DNA of 56,815 bases, the filler included, from Sphacelaria rigidula (Eukaryota): assembly GCA_964200075.2 (NCBI GenBank). It is 5 parts of 5 records of this genome, joined end to end, with 100 filler letters (N's around TTAATTAATTAA, not from the genome) between each part and the next. Parts side by side here need not be neighbours in the genome. Positions count along the whole stretch, not along the records: positions 34,151 to 45,433 come from CAXNAA020005118.1; positions 45,534 to 56,815 come from CAXNAA020005119.1; 3 more parts are not named here. One strand, written 5' to 3'. The notes beneath the pieces were generated by a model that was given only the letters and a program-made list of their open reading frames with translations, did no database searches and was not told the origin of the DNA. Shown here piece by piece: positions 37,301-48,933 of this stretch (positions within the stretch are counted from its first letter, which is position 1; each line of letters opens with the position of its first letter). A program made the position numbers and the translations under genes.

Positions 37301-38600
37301 TTTGGCGGTGTCTTTGCTGAAATATCTCGTTACGAGAGGCCGATCGCCGGTGTGTCTGTCTTCGAACCCCCCCCCGCTGTTAAACCCTGCATACCGCAGC
37401 AGTCTCACGGACCACGGTCGTTTTCATCGTAAACACAAACTCTGTTGTAAGGAACTCATCACTGCATCACAGCTTGAGGCATTGTCAAGCTTCATTTAAA
37501 TGACACTACTTCCGATTCTCGTCGCTGTGTGTCACTCAGGTGGGCTGCGGGGGCGGAAAGGGCAAAGCGGACGCGTCCAAGTCGGGAACGTTCTTGGTGC
37601 TCAAATCGGAAAACTTGGCGCTGAAACACGAAGCAAAGGTAAGACTATCAGCTCGATAGTCAATACCTCGCAGGTTGACAAGTCTACACTGTCTCTGTCA
37701 GAGGCTCACGAAGGTCTTTTTTGCTGTTTGCTGGAGGACCTGCGTCAGCTGCACCGTGCCTACTGTAAAAACGTAAACACCATGAACCTGACAGCAACCG
37801 TGCGAAAATAGGCGAAGTCGGGCTGGCCCAGACAGCATGCCTTGTCCTTCGCACCTTCCCCATAAATATTTGTTCACTAGATCGTCAACACAAACGGAAG
37901 GTTTGTATCAATCCTAACAGCTTTTTGTCGTGGAGATCTAGTGGGTTCAATACGGGAAACTTTGTCACCGCTGTGGTTGGTGCACGAACGATGAGCGGTA
38001 TTGCTACGAATAATCAACCCTCTGCTGGTCTGGTAAACGATGGCAATTCCCCGAACAATGAGAAACAATCCAAGCGCACTGGACCCTTTTTACACTCGTC
38101 GCCTATCGATAATCATATACTCACAATTGCGGTCATTCCTTCAACGGACAGGTAAATGTCACAACGACGACGCGTCGAGATCGACGGCACGAGTAGAACG
38201 ATCACCCCTCACAACCGCTACAACAGTGTGCATAGTAGCCGCAACCACGATACTACACGCAACGACGGTAGTGACAGTAACACGGCAAACCCCGGCGAAA
38301 AACGACGGCGATTCACTCACCGTGGGCTACATACATACACCAGCTGAACCAATCTGTTTAAGGCATGTAACCGCCGAGAAAATATGAGATGGAAAATACG
38401 GTGTGATGCGTCGGTCGTGTGGGTTGAACGCCTTCCGAAACGTATTTCTCCTTCGTAGCACTTGTTCTTCGTTCACCTCGATAGTCGAGCATGGAGTCCA
38501 CCACATTTCGCAAGCTTGCCACCGTCCAACCAACACCCTCGACAATAGCAGAAACAAAACGACCAACACGATGATGATGATGATGATGATGATAGTGATG

Positions 38601-38632
<32 letters not shown>

Positions 38633-41600
38633 ACTGATGATGATGATGATGGTAATGACAGGACGCCGAAGATTGGATCCGAGACGTAAATTACTCCGCC
38701 GACGGCTCGCGTCTAGCCGTGGCTTCCAACGACTGCAAAATCTACATCTACGCGCCGAAAGATGCTTACACGAAACTGAGCACCATCGAGTCCCACCAGA
38801 GTTTCGTCACGCACGTGGACGTATCCACCGATGGAACGTACATTCAAAGCGCGGACGGAGCACGGGCGATGCTCTTCGCCGACGCGGCAAGCGGAATACC
38901 CATTCCAAGCAAGTACCCCCGCTTCTTGAAACAGCTAATGAAATCTGATAGAAGTGGTGGTACGGTAGTGGTGCACACACGTTTTCATGAGATCTGAAAT
39001 ATTAGGAACCCTCCATCTCATCCAAAAAGCGACCTTGTTGAATATGTGGGAGCACACCACGATTGGTATTCCAATGAGCTAGGGATCACCCGAATGGGTT
39101 TGAGAGCGGGAACGTCCTGACCCATATTCTGTGTGGCTCCTTAAGCTAGGGGTCCCTGAATGAGAAAGGCCTGGGCCCGAAATGTGCAACCCCTACCGTA
39201 GCATGCATAAAAAGATGCATCTAAGTTTCGTGTCAGGGTTGCCTGACGGTATCGAACCCATGCGCATCGTCGCTGGATACCGTGCACAGTGTAGCCGAAG
39301 ACGCGAGTGGTACCTGGCCTATGGATGATGACTTCAATGATTTGCCAAGTATACGATCACTGAGACGACACGTGTGCGCCGACCTTCCGACGGCTGCACG
39401 GTTTACTAGTCCTATGGACGATTCTCAAACGTTTAACGGGGGGCGATTTCTAGAGCGGGCGGTACACTTGACGTGTACGGTCGACGGAAAAAGCGTCTTC
39501 AACGCGCGTCAGTACTCGCACAGCTCACGATGTCCTAATGCGCCGAAATAATCATCCTCGGAGGTCTGACGTCAAATGTTACTACTCTCACTGTTCTTCC
39601 ACTACTGCTGCTACTGCTACCACTACTGCTATTGCCGGAGCTGATTTCTTCCTTCTTACGGTCTATGCACGGCGCTTACGTTGAGATGTTTGAGCCAGGC
39701 ACCACAGAAAGAGATCGTTTTCCGTCATACCTTCATTTGTTGCCCTTTCCGAGACGAGTTCGTATGCTCAAGGCATCAGCCATCCCTGTTCCGGTGCCCA
39801 TTTTACGCTTCATCCATCGAGCATGAGAACAGCATTCCGTGGTGCATTTCCGCACATAGTGCAATACGTTCGGCAGCTGTGCCAACTGCGTTGAATGCTT
39901 CTGTGCTGTACCGGACCGTAACTGGCTGATGCCGAAAAATCATCACGATACATTCGTAGTGCGTATCGCATCCATCAATATTATTCAGACAGACAAACGA
40001 TTCCCTGTCAAAGGTTGTGCCAAAAGGGATACCTTGGTGTGAGATGCACCCGTAATTGTGTACGTCAAACAAACAGCACAAGCAGGATGGCGCAAAAACA
40101 TTTGTTTTTTGTCAACAAAATAGGAGAACTCGCCAAGGCGAACATTCAGCTTCCATCAACACCGAAGTGGCCCAATCTAGGACACAAGTTTTAGGAATCT
40201 CAATTGTTTCAGGGTAAAGAGATGTTCGGGCACCGGGGCTGCTTCTTTTCTCAAAGGGGGGGGTTCACCCCGAGAGTAGATGGTCGAGTTTCCCGTATAG
40301 GCAAACCCCATGCCCAGACTGAAGAAGCTTTCATAATCGTGAACCGCACGGGACGACCAGGTCCCTCCTCGATGCGAGACATAGCCTGGGGCACGTGGAC
40401 GTTGCCGTTCGGTTGGTCGGTCAGGGGCGTTTGGCCGACCGGAGGAAATGACCCCGGCACCGAGGTGACATGCACGCAGCGCTCGGTGAATTGTTCTCTT
40501 CTTGGGGCTGGGGACAATTTCGGGTGAGGCGTACACGATGAAAGATCCGGTAAGATGTCATACCTCGATTTTCCATCTTTCATATTCGGTACATCCTGAC
40601 TGTAAGGAGCAGGTACTTTTGTTTCGAAATATCATTTTGCCGACGCGTTCAAATGAGGGGTTTTTGTCTCTCAAACGACGAAGATGATGTCGTGTGGAAT
40701 ATCTCCGTGGGGTAATGTGCTGCAGGTCTCCAGGGAAGATGTGGCGTACACGATGAAAATAATATACGTATAGATATGCGAATCGGGTCTCAATAGTTCA
40801 CACCGTGGACAATACAAGGTGTAATATATATCGCCCGCTCAATATATCGCGGCGTCGGGTGGTCAATATATTTTGGGCGAGCAATATGATGACACGAGAG
40901 AGGGTCAATGTATATTGTGCCATGAATATATCAAGGCTCGCGACATGCAATATATATCGACCGAACAATGTATCACGACACGCGCCACCTCAATATATAT
41001 TGGCCGAGTAATATGTTGGTGCGAGAAGGCACCAATATATATTTATCGGGCGATATATTTGCTGTCACCCGAGGTGAGTATATATTGACGATTCAATATA
41101 CTCGACACCCGAAGCGCCAATATATATTGGGTGGACAATGCACGAGGGAACCGAAGGTCACAATACATGTTGATGTAGCAAAATATATCGATCTTCAACA
41201 TATAGATTGGAAAGTGTGTTGGAATTAGTATTTTGGCAGTTCTTTGTTCGCGGGCGCCATTCAAAGACGTATTTTACATGCCGAAAATGCTCAATGTATT
41301 CCTCCGCAAGCGTCTTCAATATATATTGGCTGCACAATAGCTATCCGATCAGCGTGCGCAATATATATTGAAAAAACTATACTTCTGCATGGTTTGCGTT
41401 CAATATAATATATTACGGTAACAATATGCTATGCATCGCCTCGACTCAATATATATTGACACTTCAATACAAACACGGCCGGCATGCACAATATATATTG
41501 ACATACATTACTTCGTGATCATGACACGAGCAATATATGCTGTTGCTTCAATGTCTCCGAGGACATTTCAACACAAAATATTGAAAGGACAATATTTGCG

Positions 41601-44600
41601 CTGGCTCCAATAAAAAGTATTTGTATCATGTTGGAACATACTATATTGTCCAGGGTACAAGTAACACAGCCTCGGTGACCACAGGGGTACCAAAAAAGGC
41701 GCATATCAACCCGCGTTTTCTGTCGTCGTGATGTTTAGCCAAGATATTTATATCACATGCTGGAAAGGGGATGGGCGGCCCCGCACCGGTGACCAGATAG
41801 GTATCAAGAGGCATATATGCCGGGTCGCCTCTTCTGTCACCATATTTTCTAACCAGTATATATATATATATATATATATTGAACGCATTCGACAACTTTC
41901 CGCAGTAATGCACGCTAACTTCTGCGGCTCCCTTTAAAGCTTTTCCCAGTCTGCACGGGCTCCGGCATCCATCGCGTCTTGATCTCTCCTAGAGCGTACA
42001 CGAAACTTATAAAATCTAATATATATATATATTGACCGGCCAATACATTGTCACCCACGCAGACCCCATATATATTGACCGGTCAATATGCTCTCATCAA
42101 TGCGACCCTAATATATATATATATATATTGGTCGTGCAATATGTTGTCGCCCACGCTGCCCCAATATATATTGATGGGACAATATGTGTTCAACCCAATA
42201 GTACCAATATATATCTTGGGCGGGCAATATGTATGCCGTCCCACGACATCAATATATATTGGGCGCGCAATATATGTACAGTCTAATGGTACCAATATAT
42301 ATTTCACCGGCAATATATCGCAAAATCCCAATATGATCGACTAATATATATTGGAAACATATTGTATTGTCCAGGGTGTGCAATAGTTACCGGCAACCTC
42401 CCGAGGGGAAACAGAGACTAGTGTTGTTCCCTTGCCATTGAGTTTGTAAGGCTGAGGAAAAATGCTGAGGTAGGCGAAGGTATACTCCCCGAAGATTCAG
42501 TCGGACCAATCCTTCAATTCATACCGCTGAAAAAGAGTAACTCGAACACATGTTCAACACGAGATGAAATATGATCATTGCATCCCGTGCTGTGCCTTTC
42601 ATCGCCAACTTGAAAGCAAAACGGCAGAATATTTCACGAGGTGTAGGGGCCACGGAAAATAACCAGTGCGCCATCATTTCGATTACTGACAATCTCCGCG
42701 TGATGTTTTAAACGCAGGACACGGCGAAGTATCCCCTCTGCACTGTCGAAACCGATCGGGCACACGTTTAGTACAGCAATGTATCTCAATGTCGGAGAGT
42801 AAAGTGATACCCACTGACGGGTAAGAGGAAGGAATCAGTGCGTGTATCCCATTTTCCGCCCAATTGACTCTCAACACATCCGACGCAGGCGTGTGCGACT
42901 TTTCAAGTACCCTGCGCCACTGCCTGGCTCTGGTTGCTTGGAGTATCGAGGTCACAGCGCAGCCATTCGCAGGATTTGCTGGTCCGCAGGAGATACGCAC
43001 CTATTGAGGTGAGAATTCTGCAACAAGGATACGACGTAGTCACCCCGCACGTGTATCACCAGAAACGAATGATGACTGGGTTGGTACTCTTGACAATGCG
43101 GCCTACTAGTAGACGAACAGTATATACTATGGAACCGGATAGACACTGTAAGTACGGGACTCTGATTTCTGTAGTGACAGCCGGGAACACATGGACGGTG
43201 CTTTTGTAGTATGCGCTCAATTTTCGAACACTTCCCACAGAAAGTACCACATCTGATAAAGTCTCCCCTTCTTCTGCGGGACCATGACGAAAAATAAACA
43301 CGAGCGTGAGACACTTGTAACGTGGGACATTCGAAGCAGACGCGCGTGGACTGAAACGAGAAACAAGGGAAACTTGCATCACTCCTGCGACCTCCGTAAC
43401 GGTTCAAGTGTGCTGTAGAACCATCACCAAATCTCAATGAGTATGGAAGCACCTCACTTAATGCACAAGTGAGATGTTGCTCGCCACCGGGCGTTCTTTC
43501 GAGGCTAAAATCATAGAGAAGCCAAGCTACAATAGTAGGCGTCCGGGGGTTACAGACTTGAATGCAAAACTTCCAGTAGCCACACCTCGCGCACCGAGTG
43601 GTTCTACCCCACCCGCGGGTGGAACTTGGCGACACGTCCAGGTCGAACAGCGCCAATTCTTTGCCGCACCGTATCTTTTTCTGCGCTCTTGTCTCCACCT
43701 CCCTCTTCATAGTTTGTAAAGCGATACGAACGTACCTAACTAATTTGTTCAGTATTTGGATTGACACATGCATGCAAGCACCGTGCTTCCACACCGTGTT
43801 CACCCGTCTCAAAAACATAGCTTCACCTACACGTGGCAGCACCTCACCCAGGATTTGGTCTTCGAATGAGAGAAGTTATTCTTTATTGTCCCATGTGCTT
43901 CACCTTGTTCGTTTGTCTCCAAAATTGGGCACGAAGCCGAAGTTTTGCCCCCAGTTTGTTTTGTTTGGCCTCATTTTCGCCAATTGGGGGGTACGCCCAC
44001 TCGCTTCCCGGTTTGTTTTTCAACGCCCGTCACAGTCGAGCCAGCAGTTGGACTTGGAAAAGCAAGACGAAATGTGCTAGCACCGTGAACGTTTGGTTAC
44101 TTGATGATGGATTGACTATTGTACACTAACTGATCCCCTACGAGTCATACTCCAACCGTGGTCATCACAGTATCTAACAATTTCCGAACCAAACGTCCGG
44201 TCAGCGCCGGAGCGGACGGCGCCGTACTGCAGTGGCGCAAAATAGTGGAAGTCGACGTTTTGGACAGTGGAGATGAAGCTCAACGTAGCGGGGAGGACAG
44301 CGAGCTTGAAGGCGACGGCGGCTTGCGCTGTTGCCTTGATGCCGGACAACACTCTCTACTAGCGCACGCAGGTGACAACGCTGAGGTACAACAAATGCGG
44401 ACGAACGGGGATGGTGCGGGTGGGACGGCAGCCGTGGGTGATGGTGTAGGAGGGACGGGGGGGGGTGCGGACGCGGCTGCGGGGACTGGTAAGGCGAAGC
44501 TACCTTGGGTTTCCGCCATGGTTCCACCGTCGAACATGAAGGTGTGGTAAGGGTGGTGTACGGGCCGCGCACCGAAGTGACAAATGGAGCGTTTGCGAGT

Positions 44601-45228
44601 TGTCGATGATCTCATTTCTTGGTCGAGGACGCAAGGTCCACGTTGACAACTACAGCAGCCCAGCGGCGAAACCTTTAGTTCAACACGAGTTCGGACGGAT
44701 GTTGTGGGTTTGGACCCTGAAAAAAGAGGCGTTCTTTGCCCCCCTGGTCTTTATCGTTCCGAAACTTGAGAGCGAAACTTAGCAAACAATGATTCAGTGG
44801 CAATCGACGCGTTGGGACAAAGGTCATCATCCAAAGCCTGGCAAATGAAGCTCACGGCAAATACCGGGGGACAGACAGTCCAGGTGATGATATCTTGAGA
44901 CTACGAACTCGTTCCGACAAAGGGGCACCGGGGCACGGGGGGATGGGGTGAAGAGTACTACACAAAATTTCAAAACACGCGGCCCAAACGCACGCCATGT
45001 GTTTTGCGTTGCTTGCTTAATGCATTGTAAACATCGACATCGCTTTGTTCTCTTGTCGCCTAATGTTTCCACCTTTTCTTTCCTCGGGGTGTGTATTTCC
45101 TTCTGGTGAAAATTTATGTCGCCAGATGTCTGATACAGCAGCCCCGGATGTCCGCACACGGGTGGATGCTGTTCACGGGTGCAGGGCCCTCGACATTCGA
45201 GGCTGCGTTTGGTACAACCACGAAGACG
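34374..45228 (+). CDS. Echinoderm microtubule-associated protein-like (EML/EMAP, EML5/6-type) WD40 protein, internal exons of a gene truncated by the scaffold ends
   Basis: Phase-consistent exons: 34374-34618, 35727-35836, 36190-36354 (VWGLSAHP...ATCGDDGSVRVW), 37540-37638, 38662-38908 (YSADGSRLAVASNDCKIYIY...HQSFVTHVD), 40361-40523 (RDIAWGTWTLPFGWSVRGVWP...GDNFG), 42889-43008 (RVRLFKYP...YRGHSAAIRRICW), 44205-44541 (AGADGAVLQW) and 45126-45228 (HELP-like P..RVDAVHGCRALDIRGCVWY, which starts a further TAPE module). Confidence 0.9.
34846..35460 (-). mobile_element. Non-LTR retrotransposon (LINE) 3' fragment, antisense within an EML intron
   Basis: ORF 34847-35419 encodes KTYLHGP...LRFRVGDLDL...CLCG...ESRTHIVAEC, a CCHC zinc-knuckle region typical of the C-terminus of LINE ORF2. 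No RT core is present. Its 3' end recurs at about 2735-2798. Confidence 0.75.
38569..38651. repeat. Compound (GAT)n(GCT)n(GAT)n microsatellite next to a splice acceptor
   Basis: Trinucleotide runs ending about 10 nt before the AG at 38660-38661. Confidence 0.9.
40799..42380. mobile_element. Non-autonomous DNA transposon with TIR CACACCCTGGACAATAC, perfect 8-bp TSD and CAATATATATTG subterminal arrays
   Basis: CACACCGTGGACAATACAA ... TTGTATTGTCCAGGGTGTG, with TSD CAATAGTT at 40791-40798 and 42381-42388. An extra internal TIR copy sits at about 41643-41657. Located in an EML intron. Confidence 0.87.
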
Positions 45229-45433
45229 GTGAGAAGGACCGCGGTGTGGTTCTCGGTCGAGTCGTACCTTGGTGACGAGCTTCCGTACAAAATATCGATG
45301 GATGTGGTTTGTTAGAAAAGTGTCGCGATGAACCCTTTGACGTGATCGCTAGAGTTGGCGCAATGGCACTTAAGCCAAGCAAGCAGACAAGCTGCTTTGG
45401 AGTGTAGACAGAAGATGATGTTCAAGGTGCCTC

Positions 45434-45533
45434 NNNNNNNNNNNNNNNNNNNNNNNNNNNNNNNNNNNNNNNNNNNNTTAATTAATTAANNNNNNNNNNN
45501 NNNNNNNNNNNNNNNNNNNNNNNNNNNNNNNNN
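45434..45533. other. Artificial scaffold linker
   Basis: N44-TTAATTAATTAA-N44. Confidence 0.97.
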
Positions 45534-48482
45534 AGCCTCGTTTTTCGTGCAACCAAATACCCCCCCCCCTATCGTAGGATGACTCCAGTATTTGACCGCT
45601 TTTCACTCTTAATCGTATCCTCTACTCCCAATCTCACCAAAATATCGTTGACTGTAGGTCAGCAAAAAGACTGTGTCGGAGTTAAACCTTATTATAATGC
45701 CCAATCTCCTTTCGAATATGATATGTTGGTATGTGCGATGAAAGCACCTTCTTGCGTCGATTTCGGGGCAAAAAGAGAGTTTCAGCCCGAAAATGGTACC
45801 TTCGCACGTACCCCTTGGAGGGACGAAAGACGGGAAACCCCCCATCATAGGTTCGTGGAGGTCGGGGTGCATACGGTCGTCCATATGAAAGTCGTTCGCC
45901 ATGATGACTGTAGGTCAGGCAAATCTCTGTTTTGAAGTTGAAACTTATTCAACCCGTCGTCGACAGCGCCCCCCTCATCGCAGGTGGGCCGATTGGACTA
46001 TGCCACATTTGGGGTTTAGAACACAACAGCTATTTTCTCGCTGCACAAAACGCCGTTTTCATGAACATGTGGATGTTGCGCATATCTATAAAGAAAATAG
46101 TCGCGCATGACCCCTGACCAGCTTGACCACCCTGAAGCCTATTACACTGTGCGTGCCGTCAGTATGTGTGCTGTATGTTTTCGCTGGATACAACGGCAAG
46201 CTAAGCCTATCACCCCCCTCCCACACAGTCTACTGCATGCTGCTGATGTCTCTGCTTAATGTTCTGCAGCAAAGCTACAGCCAGTGTGCAGCTATGCTGG
46301 CAATAAATTGGGGTCAATCAGGCGGTACAGACCACCAGCAGAGTGGAAATCACGTCATCTGTGCCCACGTAATCTATGGTTGAATTGTCATGATCGACAT
46401 GAGGAATACAACTAGGTAGCAGGATTAAACATCGGATATCGATACGACTTCGCTAAATATCGGCGATACACAGTATCGGTATCGGAGCGTAGAAAACCGA
46501 TGTATGTGATACATGTCAATATCGAATATCAATATCGAATATCGATACGCTTGACATTTGGCCCCTTTCACGTCATCTTAGCTCAATCTCTCAGAACCGT
46601 CGTCACAGGAAATGTAGGGAGGTGGTATTTCCCGAACGGCAGACCCCCAGTTGATTCAGCCCCACCCCCCGCCGCTCTACAAGGTCGCCTGCACACACCA
46701 CGCACGACGAGTATAGCTGTGGAGCGGTTGCACGGTGTGCAACTGGATGCAGTATCTATTCGTAGGATGGGAGGTAGCAGAGTAAGCGCTGGTGTTTCGT
46801 GGGTTTACTGATCTGATTCAGCGGGAACGTTAAACACAACGGCAACATTTGGATGTAGATACTGTAGTACGAGGTCACAATCACTGCAAAGCTGCAGATA
46901 CCTGTACTAGAAATAAGCTGTCCTTCGGAGTATGAGGAGATGGTAGTGTCGCTTCGCCTTTCCTTCATGTTTGATGAGTGTTGGATTTATTTCCCCCTCG
47001 ATCCATTCGTCTGGACATTCTAATCCTTGCAAGCTTCAGATTTGTTTTCTTGGTTGTTGATTTCCAAATCTATGTTGTTTGGCATCAAAAAATGAAAAAT
47101 TGACGCATGCTGCCGGCGTTTCGTGTTATTGGCAGTGAAAAATGTTGAAAAAAAGAGCGCGCAGCATTTGATTTTGTGCATGTTCGAGGTTTGACACGTT
47201 TTCTTCTCTGATGAATGTGCAGAGTCAAGGTATGCCCTCATTCGATCGAAACACACAGAATAGTTAGTGGCCGAAGAAATGGAAACAGTATAACCAATAC
47301 CACACACGGCCCGCTGTGATCAACTACTTCTTGAACGATGGCGAAATATATTCATTAGACAGCTGCATCACCGTAGTATGCCGTCCCTGCTATGATGTCG
47401 ATTTGCACACTACCCGCTGCTATACATCATGTGTCCACTGCTGTCCGCTGGAAACTATCCTACAGGTTGCTTGAGATACCACATCCTCAGGAGCGATTTT
47501 CAAAGCTCGATTACTTTCTCTCGACGATATGGTTGCAATGCCGCCCAGTTCAGCCCTGGCATCGCTTCTGGTGAGAAGTAAGTGAGCTCTGGGATCTGTC
47601 TCGGGGATGTGGTATCTTATGCGACCTGCTGTAAAATAGTGAGTGATGCTGTCAGTGTGCCAGTGTACTACTCGGTCTTGCACACTGCGGCCTTACCAAA
47701 ACAGCCGTATCGTATCGAATATCGATACTCGATACAACATATATATATTATGCCACTTTCGGAATATCGACAAAATATCGATATCAGGGGTTGTGGGTAA
47801 ATATTCTAGGAATACCTAATCGAACTTTATTCTCGGTCGGCTATGCAACCCTGCTCGGTAGCGAAGTAGTCCACCTGTAGGGGAACCGTCGGATTGATCA
47901 TTCCGCGCCTCTTGGGCCTGGTTCCTGGCTTAGAATCTCCCCCGGGAAACTTCCAAACACACATTAATGGGTTCGTAAGCTTTTGGGTTACTCTATGAAC
48001 AGACCCTCCCCCTTGCCCCCCCCCGCGAGCGCCGAAACCTCCGGATAAATAACGGACTGTCAGCCTGTGGAATTTTTCCAAGGCGATGCTCGCTGTCTGA
48101 ACCACCAGTAGACCTAAAACTGTACGCAAACAATGGTCGGTACTCGATTTTACGTGATTTCATATTGATGAAAATTCAGAGAAATTTAATGATTTGGGGC
48201 ATATGAGCAGTGCGGTGAGCAGTAGACCCAGCTCGGACAGAATGTGTGTTGATCTAAAACCGGCTCAAAGGCGTCGATTTTCGGTCTGGCAACGCACACC
48301 TTGCTTGGGAAGAACTATGCACCCCCCTTGCCCGAGGGTTCTCGGTTTGCCTTGGTCGGGGTTACGTTTAGCTTTAGGATTGGCGGCATCTCCATAGTGG
48401 TAACTGTTATTGTTGGCGTACAATTCTTTAGCTCCCCTCGTCTAAAATCGTTTGCGAAGACGATCTGCAACTGATAACATTC

Positions 48483-48910
48483 CAAGAGCAGGTCGGGTAC
48501 AGGGTATACAGGGTATATACCCAGCACTCGGTATTATTGTTCATTGGAAAGTCATACTCTACGTACCCCAAAACTTGGGTCGAGGATTTGAGGTCGTACC
48601 CAACCTACCCATATAATGGGTAGGACATTTGAGAGTTCATACCCAATCTACCCAAAAATTGGGTTGGGTATGTGAGTTCATACATACTCAATCTCGTACC
48701 CAATTTTTGGGTGGAGTATTCAGATCATACCCCAAGTGCTACTCCATTCCCAAGTATTACGGAGAGTACTTTCCCAACAATATTTCGGTGGAGTATTTGG
48801 GTCGTACTCGATCTATCCGAAATTTGGGTAGAGTATTGAGGCCGTATCCATTAATGTACCCAAACTGTGGGTAGAGTAACTTCCCGGATATTTCACCCGA
48901 CCTGCCCTTG
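48483..48910. mobile_element. Second MITE of the CAAGGGCAGGTCG family
   Basis: CAAGAGCAGGTCGGGTA ... ACCCGACCTGCCCTTG with a TACCC/GGGTA-rich interior. The TSD is degenerate. It lies 23 nt inside the intron that follows expansin exon 3. Confidence 0.72.
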
Positions 48911-48933
48911 CAGCATGTATCCACGCGTCTCAC

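Noticed and set aside
42952..43842. 296-aa minus-strand ORF
   Set aside because: It has a non-ATG start and no recognisable motifs, and lies antisense to an EML exon and intron.
48893..48933. Read-through C-terminus of the expansin-like protein (GETRGYMLQGQVG*)
   Set aside because: A good donor (G|GTGAGA) precedes it and the stop lies within a MITE TIR. A further exon is more likely, although I could not locate it.
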